Part shown: positions 1 to 10,191 of the stretch, in pieces
Layout: each line of letters opens with the position of its first letter
Position numbering within the stretch: the first letter of the stretch is position 1
Origin: Barthelona sp. PCE
Taxonomy: Eukaryota
DNA length: 64,000 bases
NCBI GenBank assembly: GCA_040285745.1
Contig: JAUFOR010000004.1
Span: forward strand, 682,001-746,000
Reading direction: 5' to 3'
Program-made: the position numbers and the translations under genes
The notes under the pieces: generated by a model
Told to the model about the DNA's origin: nothing
The model's input: the letters and a program-made list of their open reading frames with translations, nothing else
Database searches by the model: none

Positions 1-45
1 AACTTAAATAAAAACATGAGAAGAAGAAAAAATATATATTTACAT

Positions 46-1992
46 TCATTGTGCCCGTGATAGGACAACATTACATTCACTATAAACAAAAAGAGAGAAA
101 AACTCATCGGTGGTCTGCTCTGAACATTCAGGACAAACAGTAATTCGTTGAACACAAGCAGGTAATACAAGTTTTGCTAGATAAAGCAATCCATTAAAGT
201 GTTTACCCATATGAATAGCGCCAACAATCCTGTTGGCGATAATAGCAGCACTAGACGTCGTATCATATACGTGGATCGTACTGTAACAATCGTTTTTGGT
301 TTCAAGAGATCGCATATGTCGATTGAGTAATAACCAAACAGCACGTTCACCATTGCGTTGAGGAAGAGTCACAGTGAACTGTGGATACGTGTTCAAACGT
401 GAATCTGGGCGATTGGCATTAGGAACTTTAAAATGGATTTCATTAAAGAAGGGAAAAAGGTTCGGCAACCATGAAAAAGTTAAAACATCAAAAAATTGAT
501 AGAATTCATCTATGGTGACAAAAAATATACCATTTTTAAACGTTTGAAGCCAAGATTCATAACCTACCTTGCGTTTCAACTCAGGTGTCCAAGCAGAGCT
601 CCCTGGAGCATACGCGCCCATATAACTTTGACGCAACCAGGGGTTCTTCAGCTTGAGAAGCTGCACAGTACCATGTTCTACATAATCGAGAATAGCGTAT
701 GCATGAGAAGGTGCTAGACCGTCCACGTCTGCAGTGGGACGTGAACCACCTGATACGTAAGCCTTTTGGGTGAGCATACCGTCCACGATACGCTTGAAAG
801 TTGCGCTCTTTGATGAGTCATCAATACGCACCTCTTCTGGAATAAACCTACTCAAACAAAACATATCAAGTGCAACAGTTGAGCCTGGGAAGTCGTAAGA
901 GCGACCCATGAGCTTAATAAAGGCCTTCTCAAGAATAGAAACCCAGAGCTCGCCGTCAACAACGGAATGAGCACTTGCATGTTCCAGCTGACCAAACGCA
1001 CCTTGCCTCATGGGCAAGAAGCTGTCAACCTCGACCTTTCGCCAACATCCGTTGAAGAATAGCTTGACTGAGTACTTACTGGAGAGCACAGATCGTTTTG
1101 AATCAGTTTTGGGGAATATCTTCCCTGAGATGATGGGCAGATGTGTCTTACGCTCGCATTGGACGCCTAGAGTCATTGCTGTGATGAACGAACAATTGGG
1201 AACAAGATGCTGCCGAGGTGTTTGAACTGAGAGACTGGAAATCATGTGAGCGTTTGGTAAATCGTTTGCATTAACCCAAACAACGTTTGAGTTGCGCTGA
1301 CTGCTGCTAAGGGCGAAAGAGGATTCCTTGAAGCGGGTCATTGTGATTCGTTCGTCTGCTTCGTTAAAAGGTACATATTGTATACCACCTACTGTAGAAG
1401 AATCCAGTAAAACACGTAGCTCTGAGTCAGAAAGAGGCTTCACGGGCAATTCCTTAAAGTTGATCTTCTTCTTGAGCTCTTCAGCACGTTCAAGGATAGA
1501 AGCCATCCGCTTCTTCCTATTCTCAATATCATTCCTCAAACAAACCTCATCAGGTGCATTTGGGTGGTAAGCAGTCATCACCTGGTGCAATATATTACGC
1601 AAATGATTTGTATGAGAAAGGCCAACCTCCAAACAAAACATATAGAGTTGATATGCGTCCTCTGAAGATCTTTTCTCGTCAAAACTGATTGCTAACCCAA
1701 ACAACTCGTTAAACTGTGCATCTGAGAGTTCATGGCCAACATGAGCAAACCAATTCTCTGAAGTAACAACTGATCCCGAAAGAGTAGATGATTCAAGTAT
1801 CCGAATAAGTTCAAACGCGTGCCTTTGAAACGCTCCCTTTGTGTGGGGGTATAACTTGCCATCAATAAGAAAAGTAAAAGCCAAAATAATTTCTAGAGCG
1901 TCATTGAACATCAACCGAGCACTTTCTTGTTGAGTTTCGCGAAAACTATACGCATCACTCAGCATTGATAAAGCTGATTTCAAAGAAGTCAT
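46..1992 (-). CDS. CAPN7: Calpain-7/PalB-like cysteine protease (probable N-terminal MIT helices, CysPc domain, one C2-like domain)
   Basis: 648-aa ATG ORF with catalytic-triad motifs QHLVPNCSF (Cys), PSHAY (His) and KNPW (Asn), plus FFNGCWRKVEVD and ELWVSILEKAF, all typical of calpain-7/PalB. Confidence 0.85.
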   Translation of the reverse strand: MTSLKSALSMLSDAYSFRETQQESARLMFNDALEIILAFTFLIDGKLYPHTKGAFQRHAFELIRILESSTLSGSVVTSENWFAHVGHELSDAQFNELFGLAISFDEKRSSEDAYQLYMFCLEVGLSHTNHLRNILHQVMTAYHPNAPDEVCLRNDIENRKKRMASILERAEELKKKINFKELPVKPLSDSELRVLLDSSTVGGIQYVPFNEADERITMTRFKESSFALSSSQRNSNVVWVNANDLPNAHMISSLSVQTPRQHLVPNCSFITAMTLGVQCERKTHLPIISGKIFPKTDSKRSVLSSKYSVKLFFNGCWRKVEVDSFLPMRQGAFGQLEHASAHSVVDGELWVSILEKAFIKLMGRSYDFPGSTVALDMFCLSRFIPEEVRIDDSSKSATFKRIVDGMLTQKAYVSGGSRPTADVDGLAPSHAYAILDYVEHGTVQLLKLKNPWLRQSYMGAYAPGSSAWTPELKRKVGYESWLQTFKNGIFFVTIDEFYQFFDVLTFSWLPNLFPFFNEIHFKVPNANRPDSRLNTYPQFTVTLPQRNGERAVWLLLNRHMRSLETKNDCYSTIHVYDTTSSAAIIANRIVGAIHMGKHFNGLLYLAKLVLPACVQRITVCPECSEQTTDEFFSLFVYSECNVVLSRAQ

Positions 1993-2091
1993 TGGTATAA
2001 AAAAAGGATAAAAATATAAACGAAACTTTTTCTTATTAGAACTATGTTTACTTGAAATCTGAAGGTGATCAGCAACAAAAATGTCAATATG

Positions 2092-4326
2092 CTATTCAAC
2101 GAGAGAAATTTTTAGAGTTCCCTTTCGCTTTGAACTATGAGATGCTCGTGATGAACTGGATCTTACCGAGCTTGCTTTATCTGATTGGCGCATTCTGCTC
2201 TCTGTCTGACGTGTCGACCGAGGCACCCTGGGCTTGGAACTATTATAATTCTCCTTTGTTTCTGTAAGCCCACTGATTCTGCTAGTATGGAAATCTTCAC
2301 GATCAACCGATCTTGTATTCAGGTTAAACGATGGCTTCCGACGCTTTGCACTGCTGTCCAACCTTGAACCACGACGACCGGGAATGTTGAAAAGATCTTT
2401 TTCCATTGGATCATCGATAACGACAGAAGCGATTGTTGAAGGAGTTTTTGATACCTTAGTAGATCCTAGATCAGCAGAAAGTGTACCGAACTTCCTTTTC
2501 TTTCGTCTCCTATCGCTGACTGTGCTACTTGGAGAAATTGGTGCACTACTCATGGGGTGCATCGAAATCTCGCTCATGCTCGGTGCTGACTCAGTATATA
2601 CATCACTTAGTGCAGCCCTCTGCCTTAGTACGCTCTTCGGCTCTCGGTTTACCTGTGGTGTACTGGTAAATTGTCGTACAAATTCACTGAGCTCACAAAC
2701 TGTAATATCGCTCGCGAGTCCTGTCGAGTTACCTATGGAGTGTGAAAGTCTGCTGCTCTCACTTGGAGCTGTGCTCAAATGTCTGAACTCACTTGCCAAT
2801 GGATTCTTACATGCTTTTAACGTTGCCTTAAGTGAAACATCAGTTTCCACCTTCTCTGCGAAAGCAGGGTCTATTTTAACGAGTCTCTCAGCCATTGTAC
2901 CCACGATCGAAGCCAGGCTCTGCGTTATACCATTGACTGGTGTCATATGTGAGGGTAACGACGGCTGCTCTGAATACTGACCACTTATTGAACTTAGCCC
3001 ATCTGCGCTAATGAATCCATGAAGCGATGATGTGGTTGATAATGACTCTATACTTATGCTATCAGCATCACTGAACGATTGTGAGAGCTGAGACGGTCTG
3101 AACGCCGGAACTTCAATGTTACGCTCATCCACCGTCGCTGCCACCACGGTTTTCCACTTTGCTTGTGATATCATCTTGTGGAATACACTAATCTCATCAG
3201 TTGAAAACGCTACATGATTCAATACTCCCTTCTTGCGCTTTTCGATTTTCTTGTGCTCCTCTGCAGTCAACATTGTCTCCGTCTCTGGGTCACTCTCATC
3301 CATTTCGTCAATCATAACCTCTTGTTCAGCCATAACTTTTGCTGGTTCAAACACCTTTCTACTTCTGTTTATGTTGGGTGTGAATGTACTGACATCAAAT
3401 GATATCACGCGCTTCGTGCACAGAGCTAAAACACTCAAAAATTCACTTAGTAAATATGAAAACGTTGAAATAATTTGAGTTATATTCGATGACACGTCCA
3501 TATTGAACGTTTCCTTAACAATGTGTGATAGAACAGTTGCAATTTCTGCGTCTTGAGCACCCCAGCAATTAAAAAGATACTTCTTTCCGTGATACAACAG
3601 AAACATTGCAATTTCTTCATCTATTCCAACCGTTTCAATGGCGCTTTTCCACATCTGCGGCAGCCTCTTGGCCTGTGTCTTCTCCAGTATGTTCACTAGA
3701 CGCTGCCTTGTGCTTACCAATGCGTTCAAATCAAATCCGTTTAAAAAATACTTGACGAACTGAGTTCGTGTAAGAATGCCGTTACATTCATTATCTGTCA
3801 AACTCTTGATAAGGTCCACGGTCTGCCCCATCAGAATGCGAGGTTCATACTCACCCTCCTGGTCAAGTAATGACAAAGTCAAGTAAAACACTTCTGTAAC
3901 ACTAACAGCACCAATTACATCAATGTCTAACACATCAAAAATGGCGTTGATTGCAGATACCATCTCTTCAATATCTGCAACCTCTCTGGTGCTAGCCTGA
4001 GTCCTAATCTTAGAATTTTGTACAATCTGAAGCAATTGATACAACGCAACATCGTGAGATGAACTGCTAGTCAACAGTTCTGCAAACTTAGCGTACGATA
4101 AAACCTCAGGATTCTCCTCAACAGGTTGTTTTTGAAACCAATGATGCAAAAATGTGTCAAACTCGCTGACATTCATGGTGCCGTTGAGTACAAAGTCGAT
4201 TAGACTGAACAATTGGTCAATATCTAGGCTTTTCGCCCACCTATAACCTTTAGTCACAGTTTCTTGATAGAGTATTTCAATCAAGAGCTCTTCCTTGGCT
4301 GTCTTCATGCTCTCCGCGTTATCCAT
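2092..4326 (-). CDS. Hypothetical protein: EF-hand-like N-terminal half, Ser/Arg-rich disordered C-terminus
   Basis: Long ORF; the first ATG is at 4326 (the track start at 4341 is TTG). Degenerate EF-hand-like loops (FDVLDIDVIGAVSVTE, TDNECNGILTRTQF) and a basic cluster RRRKKRK. Confidence 0.6.
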   Translation of the reverse strand: MDNAESMKTAKEELLIEILYQETVTKGYRWAKSLDIDQLFSLIDFVLNGTMNVSEFDTFLHHWFQKQPVEENPEVLSYAKFAELLTSSSSHDVALYQLLQIVQNSKIRTQASTREVADIEEMVSAINAIFDVLDIDVIGAVSVTEVFYLTLSLLDQEGEYEPRILMGQTVDLIKSLTDNECNGILTRTQFVKYFLNGFDLNALVSTRQRLVNILEKTQAKRLPQMWKSAIETVGIDEEIAMFLLYHGKKYLFNCWGAQDAEIATVLSHIVKETFNMDVSSNITQIISTFSYLLSEFLSVLALCTKRVISFDVSTFTPNINRSRKVFEPAKVMAEQEVMIDEMDESDPETETMLTAEEHKKIEKRKKGVLNHVAFSTDEISVFHKMISQAKWKTVVAATVDERNIEVPAFRPSQLSQSFSDADSISIESLSTTSSLHGFISADGLSSISGQYSEQPSLPSHMTPVNGITQSLASIVGTMAERLVKIDPAFAEKVETDVSLKATLKACKNPLASEFRHLSTAPSESSRLSHSIGNSTGLASDITVCELSEFVRQFTSTPQVNREPKSVLRQRAALSDVYTESAPSMSEISMHPMSSAPISPSSTVSDRRRKKRKFGTLSADLGSTKVSKTPSTIASVVIDDPMEKDLFNIPGRRGSRLDSSAKRRKPSFNLNTRSVDREDFHTSRISGLTETKENYNSSKPRVPRSTRQTESRMRQSDKASSVRSSSSRASHSSKRKGTLKISLVE

Positions 4327-4412
4327 GCTGTTGGACAACAAAAAAAACCAAAATAACAGAAATGGAAGAAAAAGTTAAAAACAAAATTGTATTTCCATTC
4401 ATTTCTCTTTTC

Positions 4413-6356
4413 ATGCCACAAATAACTCAGTTATCCCATGAATACCCCCACATAAACTTAGGCAATGGTTCAGAGGGACAGTTAGAATTTTGTAATGGGA
4501 ACAAGTCTTTTTACTTCAAGGGAACTGATTCATCTCATATCATTAAGCCAACTCTCTCCATAAAGCAAACTCGCACCCACATTTTTACTGGAATTGCTGC
4601 TGAACATTCAAGACAAGCATGTTGGGACAGAAATTTTTTTTGGACATGGTCATCCGATGATAACGGTGTGTTTTTGGAGTTCTATAACTTAATGGAACGG
4701 AAGAAAAAGCATGTTAGAGTTCAAGGTCAATTCGACTCTTTACTTTTATTGTCTGAAACAACTGGTCTAATGGAAGTCCAAGGGGAAACGCATTACTTTG
4801 AAATAACTGAACATGGAAGATTGGATAATGATATTGATATTGATTGTGATTATGATAACCCAGAGAAACTAGTATCCATTGGATGTCATTATGTTGAATT
4901 GACTAAATCCAAGCATAATTTCATCACTGGTTGGAATTCAGAGACTGTTCCGCTGGATGTTTCTGCACATCGAAGAATTGCAGAGTACTATTTGGTTGCT
5001 AATTCTAATTGTGTTATTCGTTTTCCGTTGAAGGAAGACGATATAAACTTATTTACGATGTTCTATTTCGATGAAAATGGAATGAAAGAAATAGACCTTA
5101 CGTCTATGTTTCCTTCATTTCGTACTTTCAAACGAAAAAAAGCAGAGTTTTACCTTATTAAATTTAGTGAATCAGAAAAAACTCTTCAATTGCTCATGAG
5201 CTACCCTACTTCAACATGCCCCAGTCAAATACTCACAATAACGGATAAATCCTTTAATTTTTTTCCATGCAATGTACCTTGCCCAATATTCATTCCCGTT
5301 CAACCATTTTCAGCGAATTTTTCAGTATTTGATAGACCCCAATATGTTTTAAAGATGTTTGAGAACGAGTTATGTGATATTGGCGAGTTATCGTGGCATG
5401 ACGCACAATTACCTTTTATTCAAGATATTGGTCAAATGATGCTGGCGTATGATAACTGTCTGTGTTTTAATTCCCCTGCTGGTGTTTTGGCTATGGACTT
5501 TGCTGCAAAACAGGTGATGTATGTTGCAAGGGAAGCTACTGAAACCCGAAGCAGTATAGCTAATATAATTCGTAAACCGACCAGTACCTTGCGATTGGGC
5601 AGAAAAAAATATTTCACAAGTTACAAGCCCGAACTGTCACACTTATTCTCTTGCCGTGCTGATATTGATTACAGATTCAGAGCATTTGTTGATGAAGAGC
5701 ATGTGATATATGTCACTGATGATGATATGTGGAAAATGATGAATGTGTGTACGAAAGAAGTAGAAATTATAACTGATATTGAAGTAGTAGGACAGCTATT
5801 TTTCTATTCCCGTGATAAAGTAGTGTTCAAGTATGATGACATGTTGCTAACTGTGAATCGAACAAGAGAAGGTCTGTGGATAAAGGAAATTACTGATTAT
5901 CGAGTCCCTGAGCATCGTAAATTCGTACCTAACCTGGATGATCTTCAAATTTATTACATTTTCAACACGGGCACATTGATCAATAGAAGCAAAAACGCAA
6001 GGGTTCAACTCAATACTGTTAAAAGTGATGATGTATTCTTCCTTGATCATAACACAATCGCGCTCCCTGATGGTGTGTATACATATAATGATGATGTAGA
6101 GCTAACGCAACTCATTGAATTTGATCTTAAAAACTACATTTTGAGGGCAAAAAACACATATTGGGGTTATTCATGTGACGAAACAGACGCAGTAACAATT
6201 AACTCAGCAACAATAGTGTTTCTAAACGGAAAGTGGTCAATTATTGAGGAATCTTATAATCTCGGTCAATTCTTGTGTGAAGCCACTTATGTTCAGCCAA
6301 AATACAACCCCTTCACTGGTGAAGGTCTGTGTTTGGATCTGGTACATTTTGAATAA
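4413..6356 (+). CDS. Hypothetical beta-rich (propeller-like) protein
   Basis: 664-codon ORF. The second ATG (4413, MPQITQ) follows a pyrimidine-rich TCATTT tract and is the likelier start. Aromatic-rich short beta-strand pattern; no family recognised. Confidence 0.6.
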   Translation: MPQITQLSHEYPHINLGNGSEGQLEFCNGNKSFYFKGTDSSHIIKPTLSIKQTRTHIFTGIAAEHSRQACWDRNFFWTWSSDDNGVFLEFYNLMERKKKHVRVQGQFDSLLLLSETTGLMEVQGETHYFEITEHGRLDNDIDIDCDYDNPEKLVSIGCHYVELTKSKHNFITGWNSETVPLDVSAHRRIAEYYLVANSNCVIRFPLKEDDINLFTMFYFDENGMKEIDLTSMFPSFRTFKRKKAEFYLIKFSESEKTLQLLMSYPTSTCPSQILTITDKSFNFFPCNVPCPIFIPVQPFSANFSVFDRPQYVLKMFENELCDIGELSWHDAQLPFIQDIGQMMLAYDNCLCFNSPAGVLAMDFAAKQVMYVAREATETRSSIANIIRKPTSTLRLGRKKYFTSYKPELSHLFSCRADIDYRFRAFVDEEHVIYVTDDDMWKMMNVCTKEVEIITDIEVVGQLFFYSRDKVVFKYDDMLLTVNRTREGLWIKEITDYRVPEHRKFVPNLDDLQIYYIFNTGTLINRSKNARVQLNTVKSDDVFFLDHNTIALPDGVYTYNDDVELTQLIEFDLKNYILRAKNTYWGYSCDETDAVTINSATIVFLNGKWSIIEESYNLGQFLCEATYVQPKYNPFTGEGLCLDLVHFE

Positions 6357-6378
6357 ATTAACTGTTAAGAACATAAAT

Positions 6379-9300
6379 TTACAGTTGGTCCAACTCATCA
6401 TGAGTCTTTCCCAAAGATACAGCTGACAAGGAAGTTTGATTGTGAGAATAAGCGGTTGTGATAGTGTTAGTTGTGTTGACAGAACTAGGGCCGAAGCCTG
6501 ATAGTGTCAGATCACTCACTGTTCCTGTCATCTGCTTAATGTTTGACATTGTCGAACGTAATTTATCGAGCTTCTTAGTCAATGTGTGTTTCTTACCGGA
6601 CAACGAAACCTTGTCACATTTCCTTCGCCAGACGTGCACTTCCTTCCTCAGAGTATTGATCTCCTTAACAAGGGCAGCGTTCTCGTTCAATATGCGTGAA
6701 CGATCAGACAACAGCGCATCCTTCTGCTTGTCCTTCTTCCTTGTAAGTGTTTTAATCTCCTTCTCCAGGCAATCTCTTGTTCTGTTAAGATCTGTCTTCG
6801 TCTGGGCATGTTGAATTTCTTCTAAACAATATTTTGAGAAAAGTTTACGGAAAGATGTGCGAAGTTCACGAGCGTTTGATCCTTGCTCGAGAACAACACG
6901 AATATCACCAAACAGCTCACGCAACTTACTTACAGCTTTCTCCTTGAGTTGATCCTCACCCTTGAGCTGGTTTTCAGCACCAGTAAGACGTAGCTTGGCA
7001 GTTGTTAACTTGTGCGATAAACGGCTGGACTGCTGGACATAAAGACTCAACTCCTCCTGGCGCTTGATAATCATATCCTGCAGCTTGGCAATCTGACTGA
7101 GCTTGGGGGCGATGAGATTCCTTAACTCTTGAATCTTGTACGTGAGTACGAATCTAAACTTCTCCAGTTCACGGATCTTGTTTTTCAACGATTTGACACG
7201 TGCATCCTTCTCAGATACAGTCTGTCGACGTTCAATAATTTCTCTACGAAGAGTCACACGTGCCTTTTGCAACGCTGTGATCTGTTGTTTAGCCATCTTT
7301 TCCTCATTGACCAAAGACTGGATGACTTGACTCTGTTGCTTAATCTGCTGTGTGTCCTGCTTGAGCGAGTCTCTAATCTTGGTGTTATCGGCAGCTAAGT
7401 CCTGGAGACCTAGATTGATCGAACGGAACTTCTCACGGAACTCAAGATGTAACTTCAGAACCTGTTTATCGAGGTCTTCTTCAAGCTCAGTGATTCGTGT
7501 TTCGTTGTTTGCCTTTGAGTTCAACTTCTCGGTGTGTAATCTCTCGAGCTCTGTCTGCATGTCCAACAGCTTTAGTTCGTACTGCTCAGTCAACTCACTG
7601 ACGTACTGCTTGTGCTTTTGCATAAGATCTCTCTTCTCCACTTCAAAACGGTGCTCAAGATTCATCTTTTCGTCGAGCAGCTGACCGTACTTGTTCTTGT
7701 CGCGCTTCTTCTTTACCTCATAACCTTCCTTCATTTCCAACACAATATGGTCGTGTTTGCGGATGGCAACCTCCTTCTCTTGCACCTTGTCCTGTTCAAG
7801 ACTCTCGTATTTGGTCTTTGTTTCAATTAGCTGCTCCTTGAGACGCTCCAATTTAAGCTTCAGCTTCGCCTCAACATCTAACTTACGCTCGCTACATTGC
7901 TCAATCGTTGCATTCTTCTTTCTATTGTAAGAGATGCTCTCGTCCTCAATCTTTCGCTTCAAATCAACAACCTTATCAATGAGGCTATACAGCTTGTCTC
8001 TGCTCAACAGTTCCTCTTTGATATTAAATGAACTTCCAACGCGAGACACGTCCTTATCATCAGTATCAATGCTCAATACACATGGTCTGGCACCATTAAC
8101 CTCCATACCAAAGACAGAGTTGTCAACGCCGTATGAGAAGAGCTCAGCGCTCTGGATATCGTATACGAACTCCTTAACTGCTCCACTGTGCAGATGGGTC
8201 TGACCAAGCAGATCACCTGTGAGCGGATCGAATATGTACACTTTACCAGTGTCAGTACCAACAATGAACAATTCTGTCAACAGAATACACGTTGTTGCGA
8301 GCTCAGGGAACGAGTACGGGATCACGCGATGGTCAGTTGCTGTGATGTACAAGAAATTATGACGCAACACCAAGATGATCGGTGGACGATCGGTGTCGAA
8401 CTGCTTCGTATACATATCGGGGCTGATCAAAACAGAACCCGCAAGTGCTGTCGTTGACAGTTCTAGCTCTTGAATTCTGGTACCGGTCATGGGCTCCCAT
8501 ACAATAAACTTGGAGACATCAAACGAATACACGGTATCATCTGGGAACCAACCTAGCTCAGATACAATGGAAGTATGGCCTCTCAATACATTGGAGACGG
8601 TTCCAGTGGGGAATTCGACAACGAGGATAGAGGTACCATTTTGTATCAACAGGTGCTGACCACCATTAGAAAACTTCAGTTTCGTTGATGCTGGAACAGG
8701 GAACGAGTTCAATAATTGGAACCCGTCGATCAAACAGTTGAAGATCTTCACTTCTTTCGGGAAAGCAACAGCTACATACAAACCTGTGGGGTGAACACTG
8801 ATGGTAGCAGCCTCATCAGTGTCGAACTGGTGTCTCAGTAACAAAGAATGTGACTTGTTCGACAGCGTGTGCTTTAACAAAATACCATCATCGCTCACAG
8901 TAAACATAAGGCGCTTCCAAAGAGGGACACCCAAGCCAGTGACGTTAGCCGATGCTTGACTGAATAGACGCCAGTATGTGAGGGAAAGCGCACCACCTGG
9001 TAAGTTCTTGAAGAACAGAACTCCATCATCGGTTAAAACCGCAAGTCGGTTGGAGGTGGTTGAGCGCTGTAGAAAGCGAATGGGAGACTTTATATTGAAG
9101 CTGCTTGTCAGCACATGGTCCTTACTGTCGTACAGTAGCCCCTCCTGGCTGATCTCAACAAGCTGAGAGTGAACGGTGAGTGACATATCCTCGAAAGTAA
9201 ATCCGTTAGCGGGAGTAAGATCCTTATCAGGTACCTGCAGCAGTAGTGTACCTGCGGGTGTGCCCAGTATCAGACGGTCACCCAGTGAAGTAATTGTGGA

Positions 9301-10056
9301 GATTTTATGGGGTGTCATTGTTACGTTAAAGAGTTCAAGATCCCGAAGACAAAAAACAGCGTTATCAGTAATCAAATAAACACAGTCCTCCTCCCAAACA
9401 CCATCGAGATAGTCCTTCTCGCGCTTGGAGAGGCCTCCTGCTAATTGTCTGAAGGATTGGTCCAATAACTTATAGACTCTAAAGAAACTTCCGGATAGAC
9501 AACCAAATAATGTAGGGTCGCTTGGAGACACTAACACGTTGATTATTGGGACACCAAACTTGGTGGCGGAGATGAATCGCATCTTCTCAACAGCAAATAA
9601 TACAATACCGCTCTCGGGTTCGGCTGTGCATGCAAAAAGTGTAGCTCCGTTGGAAGAGAAAGTCAAGCTGCAGTACTTCGTCGTGATTGAGTCCGCATAG
9701 ATGAGTGGACGTTTCTTTTTACGAGTCTCGATCTCAAAAATGGTAATTTGAGGAGGTTGTCCGTCGATGGTTTCTGCGATAGCAACTAGCTTCTTCACAG
9801 GACAGAAAGCCATCGCTGTGATCTTAGTGACGTTAGGGCTAATGTTTAAACACTCAAATGTAGAATTTTCGTAATCGTTGAATATTAGAAGGTGTCCTGA
9901 CACGTAGATGACAACGTTTTCTGTGTAAAAGTACATGTTGTTTTTGATGTCAGACCTCTGCCCCCAATTGAAGGTAGGCTTGAGGATAGTATCACGCTTT
10001 CTTCCTTCTGCAACAACTGGAACGGATTTTCGTCTTGGTGTACCTACAGTGGTCAT
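6379..10056 (-). CDS. CFAP57: Cilia- and flagella-associated protein 57 (WD40 repeats plus long coiled coil)
   Basis: 1225 aa. N-terminal WGQRSDIKNNMYFYTENVVIYVSGH, SVHPTGLYVAVAF and FSNGGQHL; C-terminal ELEKFRFVLTYKIQELRNLIAPK matches the CFAP57/WDR65 signature. Confidence 0.85.
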   Translation of the reverse strand: MTTVGTPRRKSVPVVAEGRKRDTILKPTFNWGQRSDIKNNMYFYTENVVIYVSGHLLIFNDYENSTFECLNISPNVTKITAMAFCPVKKLVAIAETIDGQPPQITIFEIETRKKKRPLIYADSITTKYCSLTFSSNGATLFACTAEPESGIVLFAVEKMRFISATKFGVPIINVLVSPSDPTLFGCLSGSFFRVYKLLDQSFRQLAGGLSKREKDYLDGVWEEDCVYLITDNAVFCLRDLELFNVTMTPHKISTITSLGDRLILGTPAGTLLLQVPDKDLTPANGFTFEDMSLTVHSQLVEISQEGLLYDSKDHVLTSSFNIKSPIRFLQRSTTSNRLAVLTDDGVLFFKNLPGGALSLTYWRLFSQASANVTGLGVPLWKRLMFTVSDDGILLKHTLSNKSHSLLLRHQFDTDEAATISVHPTGLYVAVAFPKEVKIFNCLIDGFQLLNSFPVPASTKLKFSNGGQHLLIQNGTSILVVEFPTGTVSNVLRGHTSIVSELGWFPDDTVYSFDVSKFIVWEPMTGTRIQELELSTTALAGSVLISPDMYTKQFDTDRPPIILVLRHNFLYITATDHRVIPYSFPELATTCILLTELFIVGTDTGKVYIFDPLTGDLLGQTHLHSGAVKEFVYDIQSAELFSYGVDNSVFGMEVNGARPCVLSIDTDDKDVSRVGSSFNIKEELLSRDKLYSLIDKVVDLKRKIEDESISYNRKKNATIEQCSERKLDVEAKLKLKLERLKEQLIETKTKYESLEQDKVQEKEVAIRKHDHIVLEMKEGYEVKKKRDKNKYGQLLDEKMNLEHRFEVEKRDLMQKHKQYVSELTEQYELKLLDMQTELERLHTEKLNSKANNETRITELEEDLDKQVLKLHLEFREKFRSINLGLQDLAADNTKIRDSLKQDTQQIKQQSQVIQSLVNEEKMAKQQITALQKARVTLRREIIERRQTVSEKDARVKSLKNKIRELEKFRFVLTYKIQELRNLIAPKLSQIAKLQDMIIKRQEELSLYVQQSSRLSHKLTTAKLRLTGAENQLKGEDQLKEKAVSKLRELFGDIRVVLEQGSNARELRTSFRKLFSKYCLEEIQHAQTKTDLNRTRDCLEKEIKTLTRKKDKQKDALLSDRSRILNENAALVKEINTLRKEVHVWRRKCDKVSLSGKKHTLTKKLDKLRSTMSNIKQMTGTVSDLTLSGFGPSSVNTTNTITTAYSHNQTSLSAVSLGKTHDELDQL

Positions 10057-10191
10057 TTTTCACTATCTGACGAAAGGTATGCTAATGAATACGGAAAGAA
10101 AATAGAAAACATTTTTTTCGCCAGATTATTTCATTTATTTCATGATTGCTGTAACATAATGGACCCAGATGAAACCTATTTACAAGAAAAA

